Assembly: GCA_045533625.1 (NCBI GenBank)
Contig: JAZSID010000145.1
Location: forward strand, 1,166-65,165
Direction of reading: 5' to 3'
DNA: 64,000 nucleotides
Origin: Acutalibacteraceae bacterium
GTDB lineage: Bacteria; Bacillota; Clostridia; Oscillospirales; Acutalibacteraceae
Positions 9,915 to 20,683 of the stretch are shown here, piece by piece. Numbering within the stretch: the stretch's first letter is position 1; the number at the start of each line of letters is the position of its first letter. The position numbers and the translations under genes are program-made. Below the pieces are notes generated by a model. The model saw nothing but the letters and a program-made list of their open reading frames with translations, had not been told where the DNA came from and searched no databases.

Positions 9915-12900
9915 TTAGGTAATACCAAGCTTCTTTGCCATTTCTGCTGTCTGGAGTTCGAGCATTTTTGAAACGCCTTCCTCCTGCATCGTGATGCCGT
10001 AAAGGACGTCTGCTTCTTCCATTGTACCGCGTCTGTGAGTGATGAGAATGAACTGTGTGTTCTGCGTCATACGTCGTACATACTGTGCGTAACGTGTAAC
10101 GTTGACATCGTCAAGTGCAGCCTCAACCTCGTCGAAAATACAGAACGGTGACGGAGAAACTTTAAGAATTGAGAAGAGAAGTGCAATTGCCGCAAGTCCC
10201 TTTTCACCACCTGAAAGAAGGTCGATGTTCTGAACATTCTTGCCCGGCGGCTGAACCTTGATTTCGATGTTACATTCAAGAACATCGTGCTGATTTTCAA
10301 GAATAAGCTCAGCCTTACCGCCGCCGAAGAGTTCAACGAATGTTTCGCCGAAGTAGCTGTTGATGCGTACAAACTGCTCCTTGAACTGCTCTGCCATTCT
10401 GCCCGTAAGGTCGCCGATAAGACGGGTAAGCTCCTCACGTGAACGCTCGATATCGTCAAGCTGTTCTTTCATAAATGCGTAGCGTTCCGAAACCTCGGCG
10501 TATTCTTCGATTGCACCGACGTTTACGCTGCCGAGAGCTCGTATTTTGCCCTTGATTTCCTGCAAGGTACGGTGCGCTTTCTGGTAATCGTCGATAACGA
10601 TATTCATTGCCTCGGCCTCGCTCTTTGTGAGCTGATATTCATCGTAGAGCTTGTTGATTGCATCGTCAAGCTGTTTGAGCATCGTTTCCTTACGCTCCTC
10701 AAGACGTGCAAGCTCGCCGCTGATTTTTTCGCGTTCAGAGTTCTTTTCGCGCTCTTCTGCGCGAAGTCTTGCGCTTGCGGCATCACATTCCGTACGTTCC
10801 TTGATAAGTGACTCAACGTCGCCCTTGGACTGTGCGCCCATTGAACGGAGTTCCGCCGCTTTCTTTTCAAGTTCTACTATTTTATTTTCAATTTCTTTGT
10901 TTGCGTTTTCGATAACTGCAATCTCTTCGTTAAGGTCGTCAAGCTTGCCCTCGTGGCTTGCCATACGTCTTATGAGCAAATCAACAGCCTCGCGACGTGC
11001 CTGAATATCCTTTTCATAGGCAAGGATATCAAGGTTTATTCTCGCTTCAAGCTGAGCAAGATTTTCCCTCTTTTCTTCAAGCTGTTCTCTGCCGTGAGTA
11101 ACAACGTCGAGGTCAGCCTGCAAAGAGCCGAGTTCCTTGTTGAATCCGTCAATTTCAGCCTGAGCTTTTGCCTTGAGCTCTTCAAGGTCACTTATACGAA
11201 GGTTTGCATTCTGCTTTTCACGGCGAAGCTCTTCAAGAGCCGCATTTGCCGTATCAAGCTTACCGTCAATGAGTGAAAGCTCGCTTTCTTTACGGATAAC
11301 ATCTTCCTGCGTGCGCTTGAGGTCAGCCTGCGAAGCATCAAGGTCAGCCTTGACAAGAGCAAGCTCTTCGCTGAGTTTCTTGTACTCTTCCTGGCTTACC
11401 TGCTGCTGAGCAACGAGTTCTTTCATCTGCGCATTGAGTTTATCGATTTCGTTGCCTCGGCTGAGGATACCTGCATTGTGCCCTCTTGAACCACCTGTCA
11501 TTGAACCGCCTGCGTTGACAACCTGACCGTCAAGAGTAACAATTTTGAAACGGTAGTCATACTTCTTCGCAATTGCAATTGCGCTGTCAAGGTCTTCCGC
11601 AACAGCCGTACGTCCGAGAAGCGACTTGATAACCTCGCTGTACTTCTCTTCGTAATCAAGAAGCTCGTCTGCCATATCGATAAAACCGTAGCAATCATCA
11701 AGACCTTTTTCCGTGAAAGGCTTCGCCTTGACTGACGTCAACGGAAGGAATGTTGCACGTCCGCCCTTCTTCTCTTTAAGGAAGTTGATTGCGCGTTTCG
11801 CATCGTTTTCGTTGTCTGTAACGATATTCTGAATTGCCGCACCGAGAGCTGTTTCAACTGCGACGGCATATCTGTCGCTTACGTTGATAAGCTGTGAAAG
11901 CGGACCGTGAATACCGCGGAGCATTCCGCCCTTTGCCTCGCGCACGATTGACTTAACCGCACCCGAATAACCTTCCATATTCTTTTCCATTTCGTCAAGA
12001 ATACGGATTTTATCTTTCTTCTGAAGAATGTCAAGACCGCGGGCATCGATTTCACCCTTAAGCTTTTCTGCTTTTTCCTCACGGTTCTGCACACGGAGAT
12101 TGTAGCCCGAAACGGCATTAAGAATCTGTGTTTCTTCTTCTTTCATTTTGTCAAGCTCTGCCTGACACTCGTTTTTCTTGCCCTCAAGCTCAGTTATGTA
12201 ACCGTTACGGGTTGAAAGAACGCCGTCAATGTTGCTGACACGTCCCATAATTTCTTCAATTGAAGAATTAGCCGTTGTTTCTTCGATTCGCTTGTCGGCA
12301 ATTTTATTTGTAATCTCAGTAATCTTCTGCGAAAGGTCTACGATTTTATCTGAAAACTCACTGTTTTCAAGTCTTGCATTTGCAATATCAGCGGCAGCAA
12401 GGTCAAGCTCGCTCTTCTTTGAAGCGATTTCGTTGAGCAATTCGTCGATTTCTTTCTTCGACTCTTCAATCTCTGCGCTGAGTCCCTTTTCGCTGTCTGC
12501 GGCATCCGTCATATCACGGCGGATACGCTCAATCGTCTGGTTGTTATGAAGAATTGTATTTTTCTCAACGGAAATTTCACCGTCGATATGCACAGCCTGC
12601 TCCTCGTATGCGGTTGCATTAAGGCGGATGTTATCGATACGGACTGTGATGTCCTGACTTTTTGCAAAGATATTTTCCGTTTCCTGCTCAATGACATTAA
12701 GTGCCGCTTCAATACCGTCATACTGTGCCTGAGCGATTGAAAGCTTGTCCTCCTGCTCACGGAGCTTCGTTTTTGAAGTTTCGATTGTGTTGAGCCAGAG
12801 ACCGATTTCAAGCTCCTTCTTTTCGGCAGCAAGAACAAGGAATTTCTGTGCCTTTTCGCTCTGTACCTTCAAAGGCCCGACACGGCTTTCAAGCTCTGCA

Positions 12901-13487
12901 AGGATATCGCGAAGACGGACAAGATTTTCCTCTGCCTGCGCAAGTTTTCTGTTTGCATCGTTACGGCGATAACGGAAATGAGAAATTCCCGCAGCTTCTT
13001 CAAGCATTTCACGACGCTGACCTGACTTTGAAGAAATGAGGTCAGCAATTCTGCCCTGGCTGACAAGTGAATAACCGTCACGGCCAAGACCTGTATCCAT
13101 AAACAGCTCGTGAATATCACGAAGACGGACAACAGCACCGTTAAGCATATAGTCACTTTCACCCGAACGGTAATAGCGACGTGTTACGGCAACCTCGTCC
13201 TTGTCACAGTTGTTAAGTGTTCTGTCTGAGTTATCAAGCTTCAGGGTAACCTCCGCAAAACCGAGAGCCTTACGGATTTTTGTTCCGCCAAAAATAACAT
13301 CTTCCATTTTTGAACCGCGGAGATTTTTCGTTGACTGTTCGCCGAGAACCCAACGAACGGCATCGGCGATGTTACTCTTACCCGAACCGTTCGGGCCGAC
13401 AACAGCCGTCATTCCGTGATTAAAATTAAAGACTGTCTTGTCAGGGAACGATTTGAAGCCCTGCATTTCGAGTGCTTTTAATCTCAT
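9915..13487 (-). CDS. smc: chromosome segregation protein SMC
   Basis: 1190 aa. Walker A GPNGSGKSN, long coiled coils, hinge, signature LSGGEK and Walker B FCIFDEVEAALD. Confidence 0.97.
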   Translation of the reverse strand: MRLKALEMQGFKSFPDKTVFNFNHGMTAVVGPNGSGKSNIADAVRWVLGEQSTKNLRGSKMEDVIFGGTKIRKALGFAEVTLKLDNSDRTLNNCDKDEVAVTRRYYRSGESDYMLNGAVVRLRDIHELFMDTGLGRDGYSLVSQGRIADLISSKSGQRREMLEEAAGISHFRYRRNDANRKLAQAEENLVRLRDILAELESRVGPLKVQSEKAQKFLVLAAEKKELEIGLWLNTIETSKTKLREQEDKLSIAQAQYDGIEAALNVIEQETENIFAKSQDITVRIDNIRLNATAYEEQAVHIDGEISVEKNTILHNNQTIERIRRDMTDAADSEKGLSAEIEESKKEIDELLNEIASKKSELDLAAADIANARLENSEFSDKIVDLSQKITEITNKIADKRIEETTANSSIEEIMGRVSNIDGVLSTRNGYITELEGKKNECQAELDKMKEEETQILNAVSGYNLRVQNREEKAEKLKGEIDARGLDILQKKDKIRILDEMEKNMEGYSGAVKSIVREAKGGMLRGIHGPLSQLINVSDRYAVAVETALGAAIQNIVTDNENDAKRAINFLKEKKGGRATFLPLTSVKAKPFTEKGLDDCYGFIDMADELLDYEEKYSEVIKSLLGRTAVAEDLDSAIAIAKKYDYRFKIVTLDGQVVNAGGSMTGGSRGHNAGILSRGNEIDKLNAQMKELVAQQQVSQEEYKKLSEELALVKADLDASQADLKRTQEDVIRKESELSLIDGKLDTANAALEELRREKQNANLRISDLEELKAKAQAEIDGFNKELGSLQADLDVVTHGREQLEEKRENLAQLEARINLDILAYEKDIQARREAVDLLIRRMASHEGKLDDLNEEIAVIENANKEIENKIVELEKKAAELRSMGAQSKGDVESLIKERTECDAASARLRAEEREKNSEREKISGELARLEERKETMLKQLDDAINKLYDEYQLTKSEAEAMNIVIDDYQKAHRTLQEIKGKIRALGSVNVGAIEEYAEVSERYAFMKEQLDDIERSREELTRLIGDLTGRMAEQFKEQFVRINSYFGETFVELFGGGKAELILENQHDVLECNIEIKVQPPGKNVQNIDLLSGGEKGLAAIALLFSILKVSPSPFCIFDEVEAALDDVNVTRYAQYVRRMTQNTQFILITHRRGTMEEADVLYGITMQEEGVSKMLELQTAEMAKKLGIT

Positions 13488-14491
13488 AATGTTTCATTCC
13501 TTAATATGTAAACTTTGTATTTTTCAATACTTTCATCCGCTGTGATTTTCGCTTCATATCCAAGCGTTTTAAGTGCTTCGATATTCGCTTTTTTCTGTCC
13601 CGTCATCTGCGAAACAGATTTAGGTGACACACGGATTTCAATTTTCCCCTCAGGGATTTTATTTTCACGGATAAACTCCGTTACTTTTCTTAAATAGATT
13701 TTACTTTCGCAGATTTCTTTGAAAGCAGGATGATAAGCTCCTGCAACGAATTCACCCTCGACGTCACCGCCTGAATGAAGACCCGTTCGGATAACCTTTA
13801 TCCCCGATTCTTCAAACATCTGAAGCAGTTCGGCACAAAGCTCAGCCGCTTCTTCTACACCCTGCGGATGATATTCACCGCTTCGGTAAAGGTCGCAAAG
13901 CTCAGTATTTTCAAGCACGACCGTCGGATAAATCCTTACTGTATCGGGGTTTAATTCAATTATTCTTTTCGCTGTTTCAATGCTGTCTTCATCCGTTGAG
14001 CCGTAAAGTCCCGTCATCATCTGCAGACCGGTTTCGAAGCCGTTCTTCTGAAGAAGCTTAGTTGCTTTGATGATATCCTCTGCGGTATGTCCTCTTTTAT
14101 TGAGTTCCAGCACCCTGTCATCAAGGCTCTGCGCTCCGAGCTCAACGGCAGTCACGCCGTAGCTTCTGAGGATATGACATATTTCTTCGTCAATCGCATC
14201 GGGTCGGGTTGAAATACGGATTCCTTTGAAGCTTCCGTTTTCAACATATTTATGAGCCGCAGAAAGAAGTGAAACCATCGTTTCTCTTTCAATTGCCGTA
14301 AAGCTTCCGCCGAAAAAGGCAATTTCTCCACCTTTGCTTTCGGGGTTTTTCAAAGCAATCTGTACCGCTTCGTCAACGTCGGACGGCTCAACCTGATTTC
14401 TGTGGCCTGAAATTGCACGCTGATTGCAGAATGAGCATTGGTTCGGGCAACCGTTATGCGGCACAAACAGCGCAACGTTTACGTGCCTCAC
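13484..14491 (-). CDS. radical SAM protein (Elp3/MiaB-like family, function unknown)
   Basis: 335 aa. CPNQCSFCNQ is a CxxxCxxC cluster motif; overlaps smc and rnc by 4 nt each (operon). Confidence 0.85.
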   Translation of the reverse strand: MRHVNVALFVPHNGCPNQCSFCNQRAISGHRNQVEPSDVDEAVQIALKNPESKGGEIAFFGGSFTAIERETMVSLLSAAHKYVENGSFKGIRISTRPDAIDEEICHILRSYGVTAVELGAQSLDDRVLELNKRGHTAEDIIKATKLLQKNGFETGLQMMTGLYGSTDEDSIETAKRIIELNPDTVRIYPTVVLENTELCDLYRSGEYHPQGVEEAAELCAELLQMFEESGIKVIRTGLHSGGDVEGEFVAGAYHPAFKEICESKIYLRKVTEFIRENKIPEGKIEIRVSPKSVSQMTGQKKANIEALKTLGYEAKITADESIEKYKVYILRNETL

Positions 14492-15174
14492 AGACCCATA
14501 AGCTCCAAGGCTTCCCTTGCAGCCTCCTGCTCGGCTCTCTTTTTGCTTCTGCCGATTCCCCTGCCGATTACGTTTGAGTTAAGATGCACCTCAACCTCAA
14601 AACGTTTGTCGTGGTCAGGTCCTGTTTCGCCCGTGAGCACGTATTCAACAAGCTCACCCGGGTTTCTCTGCACAACTTCCTGAAGCATCGTCTTGTAATC
14701 CCTGATTGACTGTTGCTGACGGATTGCTTCTTCGATGTATTTAAGAACAAAAGCTCTGGCAGCTTCCATTCCGCCGTCAAGGTAAATTGCGGCAATTATT
14801 GCTTCGAATGCGTCTGCCTGAATTGACGGACGCTCTCTGCCTCCCGTAAGTATTTCTCCCTTGCCGAGAAGGAGATATTTGCCGAGCTCAAGCTGTCTTG
14901 CAAAGCCTGCAAGTGATTTTTCGCAAACGGTTGCGGCTCTGAGCTTTGTCAATTCACCTTCGGGAAGTTTTTTGTAGTTTTTAAAGAAATTTTCCGCAGT
15001 AATAAGACCCAGAACCGAGTCACCAAGAAATTCAAGCCTTTCGTTTGAATCGCCTGCAGAATGATTTTCGTTGACATATGATGAATGTGAAAGCGCACGG
15101 ATAAGAATGGCTTCATCGTTGAAATTATAGCCAAGCTTTTCCTGCAATTCCTTTATGTTATTCTTCATTCTCAC
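14488..15174 (-). CDS. rnc: ribonuclease III
   Basis: 228 aa. RNase III signature ERLEFLGDSVL and a C-terminal dsRBD (GPDHDKRFEVEV...GRSKKRAEQEAA). Confidence 0.95.
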   Translation of the reverse strand: MRMKNNIKELQEKLGYNFNDEAILIRALSHSSYVNENHSAGDSNERLEFLGDSVLGLITAENFFKNYKKLPEGELTKLRAATVCEKSLAGFARQLELGKYLLLGKGEILTGGRERPSIQADAFEAIIAAIYLDGGMEAARAFVLKYIEEAIRQQQSIRDYKTMLQEVVQRNPGELVEYVLTGETGPDHDKRFEVEVHLNSNVIGRGIGRSKKRAEQEAAREALELMGL

Positions 15175-16483
15175 CTCTCCTTTCTTCAGAGAGTAGTTTT
15201 TTATAATAGTCGAGGCTTCTCTGTGCGAGAGCTTCGTAACGTAATTTTTTATCCCTGATCAATTCGTCAAGCGGAGGGATTATACCGAAATTCGCACCCA
15301 TCGGCTGAAAATTTTCAACCGTTTCGTTGCTGATGTAGTTTGAAAGTGCACCGAGCATTGTTGTTTCGGGAAGCTTTATCGGTTCTTCGCCTTTTAAGTA
15401 TCTTGCCATATTAAGACCTGCAAGGATACCTGCCGCAGCTGATTCCATATAACCCTCAACACCCGTAATCTGTCCTGCGAAATAAAGACCTTTTCTTCCT
15501 CTGAATGAGAAATCGCTGTTAAGAAGACGGGGCGAATCGATGAATGTGTTTCTGTGCATCACACCGTAACGGATAAACTCGGCATTTTTGAGAGCAGGAA
15601 TTAAAGAGAAAACTCTTTTCTGCTCGCCGAACTTGAGATTCGTCTGAAATCCTACAAGGTTATACATCGTGCCGCTTGCATCTTCTCTTCGAAGCTGAAG
15701 GACCGCCCACGGTCTGTGTCCCGTCCTCGGGTCACGCAAACCGACGGGTTTAAGAGGACCAAAACGCATTGTATCTGCTCCTCGCGAAGCCATAACCTCA
15801 ATCGGCATACAGCCTTCGTAGACACCTTTTTTCTTGTCAAACGAATGAAGCTCTGCGGACTCTGCGTTGACAAGCTCGTTGTAAAACGTTTCGTACTCTT
15901 CCTTATTCATCGGACAGTTGAGGTAATCGTCCTCACCGCCGCGGTCATAACGTGACTGAGTGAAAGCGCAGGATTTATCTATGCTTTCGTCCGTAACAAT
16001 CGGCGCCGCCGCGTCGAAAAAGCTGAGTGATCCGCCACAGAGAGCTTTTATATTTTCCGCAAGTGCATCGGAAGCCAGAGGTCCTGCCGCAACGATTACG
16101 TTTCCTTCAGGAATTTCAGTAACTTCTCTGCATTCGACTTTAATAAGCGGATGTGATTTAATTTTTTCCGTAACCATCGCGGAAAATTTATCTCTGTCAA
16201 CAGCTAAAGCACCGCCTGCAGGTACACTGCACTCCTTCGCGCACTCAACGCAGACCGAGCCAAGAAGCTCCATTTCCGCCTTAAGAAGTCCTGCGGCAGA
16301 AGCAAGTCTCTGCGCCTTGAGCGAATTTGAGCAGACAAGCTCTGCGAGCATATCGCTCTTGTGCGCAGGAGAACGCTTTTCGGGCTTCATTTCCGCTATT
16401 GTAACCGATATTCCGTTGTTTGCCAGCGCCCATGCAGCTTCAACACCTGCAAGACCGCCACCTATTACAAGAACGTCGTTCAT
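15158..16483 (-). CDS. trmFO: methylenetetrahydrofolate--tRNA-(uracil-5-)-methyltransferase TrmFO
   Basis: FAD fingerprint VLVIGGGLAGVEAA and AELVCSNSL. I place the start at MNDVLVIGGG (ATG 16481-16483), one nt after the topA stop; the longer ORF-track start would overlap topA. Confidence 0.92.
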   Translation of the reverse strand: MNDVLVIGGGLAGVEAAWALANNGISVTIAEMKPEKRSPAHKSDMLAELVCSNSLKAQRLASAAGLLKAEMELLGSVCVECAKECSVPAGGALAVDRDKFSAMVTEKIKSHPLIKVECREVTEIPEGNVIVAAGPLASDALAENIKALCGGSLSFFDAAAPIVTDESIDKSCAFTQSRYDRGGEDDYLNCPMNKEEYETFYNELVNAESAELHSFDKKKGVYEGCMPIEVMASRGADTMRFGPLKPVGLRDPRTGHRPWAVLQLRREDASGTMYNLVGFQTNLKFGEQKRVFSLIPALKNAEFIRYGVMHRNTFIDSPRLLNSDFSFRGRKGLYFAGQITGVEGYMESAAAGILAGLNMARYLKGEEPIKLPETTMLGALSNYISNETVENFQPMGANFGIIPPLDELIRDKKLRYEALAQRSLDYYKKLLSEERRGENEE

Positions 16484-16484
16484 A

Positions 16485-18599
16485 TTATTCCTCTGCTTTT
16501 TTTCTTGATTTTCTTTCTGTTTTCTTTTCGTAGCCGCAAGCTTCGTCAAGGCAGACCGTAAGACCGCCCTTGCGCTTAAAAAGTGACTTTCCGCACTGCG
16601 GACACTTGTCGTCAGTCGGCTTATCCCATGTCATAAAGTCACAATTCGGCCAGTTTCCGCAACCGAAGAAAGTATAACCCTTCTTCGACTTTTTCTCGAT
16701 AACTTCGCCACCGCACTTCGGGCACTTTGCATTTGTCTGCATAACAAGCGGTTTTGCATTTTTACATTCAGGGTAACCGGGGCAAGCAAGGAATTTGCCG
16801 AATCTGCCCTTTTTGATTACCATCATTCTTCCGCACTTTTCGCACGGGATGTCCGTCATATCCTCTTCAAGCTGAATCTTGACATCTTTCATATCTGCCT
16901 TTGCTTTCTGAAGAGTGTTATCGAAATCGTCGTAAAATTCATGAAGCATTGCGATATAATCAAGGTTACCCTCGCCAACTTCGTCGAGGTTTGTTTCCAT
17001 GCCTGCAGTGAATTTTGTGTTGACAATTTTGGGGAATTTATCCTTAAGAAGGCTTGTGATTGCTTCACCGAGCTCTGTCGGAGTGAGCTGTTTCTGCTGA
17101 CGCTTGACGTACTCACGTTTTACGATTGTTGAAATAATTGTTGCGTAAGTACTCGGTCTTCCTATGCCGTTTTCTTCAAGAGCCTTGATGAGTGAAGCTT
17201 CAGTATATCTTGACGGTGGCTGGGTGAAATGCTGATTTCCCGCAAGCTCCTTGAGCTTAAGCTTGTCGCCTTCGCTGAGCTCGGGAAGCTTTGAAGCATC
17301 TTCCTCTTCCTCGTCCGTGCTTTCTTCATAAAGTGCCGTATAGCCGTCAAACTTCACGCTGAAGCCTGATGCATTGAAAAGGCAGTAGCCTTCCTTGCCC
17401 TCTGTCACAGCCTGAATTTCAGCCTTGACTGTGTTAAGTACGCAGCTTGCCATAAGGCTTGCGATAAAGCGCTTCCAGATAAGAGTATAAAGCTTATACT
17501 GATCCGATGTAAGGCTACCCTTGACTCTTTCGGGAGTGAGCATCGGGTTTGTCGGACGGATTGCTTCGTGACCGTCCTGAGCATTGCTTCTTGATTTATA
17601 ATATCTCGGCTTTTCGGGAAGGTATTTGCTTCCATATGTGTCCGTGATGAATGTGTTTGTAAGAGCTCTTGCTTCTTCTGAAATTCGAAGAGAGTCCGTT
17701 CTCATATATGTGATAAGACCCGTTGTGCCGATTCCTGCAACTTCAACACCTTCGTAAAGCTCCTGAGCCGTGCGCATTGTACGCTGAGCCTGGAATCCCA
17801 TACGGCGGGATGCTTCCTGCTGAAGAGTTGACGTGATAAACGGAGGTGCAGGATTCTTTTTCTTTGTACCTTTTTTGATTGAAGATACTGTGTACTTTGC
17901 ACCGTCAAGACGTGCAAGGTAGGCGTCTGCCTGCTCCTTGTTTGTAATCTTCACCTTGCCGCTTTCGTCGCCATAGAATGAAGCTGAAAAGCTCTTCCTG
18001 CAGGGTGCGATGAACTTCGCATCAAGTGTCCAGTACTCTTCGGGCACGAATGCACGGATTTCGTTTTCTCTGTCCACAACAAGTTTTACTGCAACAGACT
18101 GTACACGTCCTGCAGAAAGACCTCTTCGGATCTTCTGCGAGATGAACGGACTTAATTTATAACCAACAAGACGGTCAAGGATACGTCTTGCCTGCTGTGC
18201 ATTGACAAGGTCCATATCGATTGAACGCGGTGCCATCATTCCGTTTTCGACACCCGTCTTTGTGATTTCGTTGAATGTGATTCTGTTCGCCTTGCTCATA
18301 TCAAGCTCAAGCAAGGTTGCAAGATGCCACGAAATTGCTTCACCCTCACGGTCAGGGTCAGTTGCGAGGAATACTTCGTCACTTTCAGCAACCTTTGCCT
18401 TAAGCTCCTTGACGAGCTTTTCCTTTCCCTTGATTACTGAATATTTGGGAGCAAAATCGTTTTTGATATCAACGCTGAGTTTTGCTGCGGGAAGGTCACG
18501 GATATGTCCCATAGATGCTGTTACATCGTAATCCTTTCCGAGGTATTTTTTAATTGTCTTAACCTTTGTGGGTGACTCCACGATAATAAGCTTTGACAT
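16485..18599 (-). CDS. topA: DNA topoisomerase I
   Basis: 704 aa. TOPRIM start MSKLIIVESPTK, DPDREGE, active-site region YMRTDS, and C-terminal CxxC zinc ribbons. Confidence 0.97.
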   Translation of the reverse strand: MSKLIIVESPTKVKTIKKYLGKDYDVTASMGHIRDLPAAKLSVDIKNDFAPKYSVIKGKEKLVKELKAKVAESDEVFLATDPDREGEAISWHLATLLELDMSKANRITFNEITKTGVENGMMAPRSIDMDLVNAQQARRILDRLVGYKLSPFISQKIRRGLSAGRVQSVAVKLVVDRENEIRAFVPEEYWTLDAKFIAPCRKSFSASFYGDESGKVKITNKEQADAYLARLDGAKYTVSSIKKGTKKKNPAPPFITSTLQQEASRRMGFQAQRTMRTAQELYEGVEVAGIGTTGLITYMRTDSLRISEEARALTNTFITDTYGSKYLPEKPRYYKSRSNAQDGHEAIRPTNPMLTPERVKGSLTSDQYKLYTLIWKRFIASLMASCVLNTVKAEIQAVTEGKEGYCLFNASGFSVKFDGYTALYEESTDEEEEDASKLPELSEGDKLKLKELAGNQHFTQPPSRYTEASLIKALEENGIGRPSTYATIISTIVKREYVKRQQKQLTPTELGEAITSLLKDKFPKIVNTKFTAGMETNLDEVGEGNLDYIAMLHEFYDDFDNTLQKAKADMKDVKIQLEEDMTDIPCEKCGRMMVIKKGRFGKFLACPGYPECKNAKPLVMQTNAKCPKCGGEVIEKKSKKGYTFFGCGNWPNCDFMTWDKPTDDKCPQCGKSLFKRKGGLTVCLDEACGYEKKTERKSRKKAEE

Positions 18600-18613
18600 A
18601 TTGATCTATCATC

Positions 18614-19792
18614 CTATTTCAGTTTATAGTTTTTACCTGCCTGAAGCTCAACGAGGTCGAAAAGCTCAAGCTCGGTCATTGCGCAGGCAAAAGCGCTGAC
18701 GCTCAGGCCTGTTTTTATAATCAGTTCTTCCATCTGCATTCCGCCGTCCTCAAAAGCACGGTAAACCTTGCGCGCATTTTCGCTCAGAGCCTCCGGCTCT
18801 GCTTTTTTCTGCACAACGGGTTCCTGCTTTCTGACAGGCTGTTCGTGCCGTGGTTGAACTTTATCTTCTTCAATATTAAGTGTTGTTTCTATCTTTTCGC
18901 TATCAATCAGTTCAGGGTAAATCATCGCGTATCCGCCGAGAACATCAACCGCACTGAAAACGGGTTTTGCACCGTCACGGATAAGCTTGTTTGCGCCCGT
19001 GAATCCGCTGAAAAGAATATCTCCCGGTACGGCAAAAACATCCCTGCCCTGCTCAAGAGCATAATTCGCAGTTATAAGTGAACCGCTTCTTTCGCCGGCT
19101 TCAATGACGAGCGTACCGTAAGAAAGACCCGAAATTATTCTGTTTCGAACCGGAAAATTCCTTGCAACTCCCTGAACTCCCGGAGGATATTCAGTCACAA
19201 GTGCTCCGTTTTCGGAAATCTGCTTGCGAAGGGCAATGTTTGCAACGGGGTAAGTACAGTCAAGACCGCAGCCAAGCACAGCGACTGTTTTGCCTCCCGT
19301 TTCCAACGCACCCTGATGCGCAGACGAGTCAATTCCCAATGCGCCGCCGCTGACAACAACCGCACCCGAACGGGTAAGCGATGCTGAAAGTTTACGAGCC
19401 ACACGGGAGCTGTTGAGAGTCGGCTCTCTTGTGCCGACAACGGCAATGGCTATTTTGTTTTTCAAACAGTCCAAATCTCCGCTGACATAAAGAACTAACG
19501 GAAAATTAGGCAGTTTGAAAAGCATAGACGGATAGTTCCCGTCATCAGGTGTAACCACTTGCCAATTATTTTTAACGCAGGTGTCAAGGATATTCTTCGC
19601 CCTCGACAAATCCTGATTGTTGAGTTTTGCAATCTGCTTCGGAGTGAAAACACCCGACAATCTCCATTCAGTTTCACCTGCAAAATACAGCGCACGGGCT
19701 GAGCCGAAGTAAGAGATAATTTCGTCCGTTTTTATCGAGGCGCTTATCCCCAACGACTGCTGAAGCCATATCCAATAAAGCTTGTCGTTCAT
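18614..19792 (-). CDS. dprA: DNA processing protein DprA (Smf)
   Basis: 392 aa. Rossmann-like core VVSGGALGIDSSAHQGAL...VLGCGLD; conserved dprA-topA-trmFO order. Confidence 0.9.
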   Translation of the reverse strand: MNDKLYWIWLQQSLGISASIKTDEIISYFGSARALYFAGETEWRLSGVFTPKQIAKLNNQDLSRAKNILDTCVKNNWQVVTPDDGNYPSMLFKLPNFPLVLYVSGDLDCLKNKIAIAVVGTREPTLNSSRVARKLSASLTRSGAVVVSGGALGIDSSAHQGALETGGKTVAVLGCGLDCTYPVANIALRKQISENGALVTEYPPGVQGVARNFPVRNRIISGLSYGTLVIEAGERSGSLITANYALEQGRDVFAVPGDILFSGFTGANKLIRDGAKPVFSAVDVLGGYAMIYPELIDSEKIETTLNIEEDKVQPRHEQPVRKQEPVVQKKAEPEALSENARKVYRAFEDGGMQMEELIIKTGLSVSAFACAMTELELFDLVELQAGKNYKLK

Positions 19793-20586
19793 TTTCTCAC
19801 CATCTCCCAGATAAGAATTGCCGCCGCAGTTGAAGCGTTGAGCGATTCCGCTCTGCCATCCATCGGGATTGTAACTTTCTTTTTGCAGGCAGACATCGTT
19901 TCGGGCGTGATACCGTTTCCTTCGTTACCGATTACAGAGACAACTCCGCCCTTCATATCAACATCCGTAATAAGCTCTGCAGAGCTGTCAGGAGTTGAAG
20001 CGAGAGTAAGCATCCCCTTTTCGTTAAGAGCTTTAACAAGCTCCACCGCATTATCGCACGAATAAACGGGAATTCTTAAGGCTGAACCCATAGACGCTCT
20101 GAGTGCCTTCGGGTTATAGATATCACAACCGCCACAGACAAAAATCCCGTCAATGCCGAGCGCTTCAGCAGTACGGCTTACCGCACCGAGGTTTGAAGGG
20201 TCCTGCACATTTTCAAGAAAAACGTACTTGCCGTCCGCCTTGATTTCTGCCGTTTGCGCGTTTTTGCCCTCGGCTTTACAAAGACAGAATATGCCCTGAG
20301 GATTCTGTGTGTCCGAAAGTTTCTCTGAAATTTCTTCGCTGATTTCGTAAGCTTCCTGCGCTGCCGCAACGATTTTTCCAGCATATGAGGAATACTTTTC
20401 AAGAGCTTTCCGAGTTAAAAAAGCTCTGCAGACAGTAACGTTATTTTCCGCCGCATCGGCACAAAGACGCGCACCCTCAAGGAAGAAAAGTCCCGATTCC
20501 CGACGCATTTTTACACTGTCGCGTACAGCCACGGCAGACTTGATTTTCTCGTTATTCTTTGCCGTAAGACGTTCCATTGCAAGCAC
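19789..20586 (-). CDS. TrmH/SpoU-family RNA 2'-O-methyltransferase
   Basis: 265 aa. SpoU motifs LENVQDPSNLGAVSRTAEALG, GNEGNGI and ESLNASTAAAILIWE. Confidence 0.85.
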   Translation of the reverse strand: MLAMERLTAKNNEKIKSAVAVRDSVKMRRESGLFFLEGARLCADAAENNVTVCRAFLTRKALEKYSSYAGKIVAAAQEAYEISEEISEKLSDTQNPQGIFCLCKAEGKNAQTAEIKADGKYVFLENVQDPSNLGAVSRTAEALGIDGIFVCGGCDIYNPKALRASMGSALRIPVYSCDNAVELVKALNEKGMLTLASTPDSSAELITDVDMKGGVVSVIGNEGNGITPETMSACKKKVTIPMDGRAESLNASTAAAILIWEMVRK

Positions 20587-20645
20587 TCCTTTTCTGAAAA
20601 ATCAATAAAAAACACCCTGTAAGTGTTACTTATAAAAAGACAAAT

Positions 20646-20673
20646 TCACGCCCCCATATATCAAGGGGCGTGA
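20646..20673 (-). terminator. intrinsic terminator of the infC-rpmI-rplT operon
   Basis: Stem TCACGCCCC/GGGGCGTGA, followed by a T-rich tract on the minus strand, 10 nt after the rplT stop. Confidence 0.5.
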
Positions 20674-20683
20674 TATAAGCTTA

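Noticed and set aside
9915-13487. Many 60-130-aa ORFs antisense to or out of frame with smc. The same occurs within topA, polC, the ATPase-like gene and others.
   Set aside because: These are typical shadow ORFs of long genes with biased codon usage. They have no independent signals and are fully nested in strongly supported genes.
16484-16549. The longer trmFO ORF starting at 16549 (MTKLAATKRKQ...).
   Set aside because: It would overlap the topA 3' end by 65 nt. The conserved FAD fingerprint begins right after the ATG at 16483, which abuts the topA stop.
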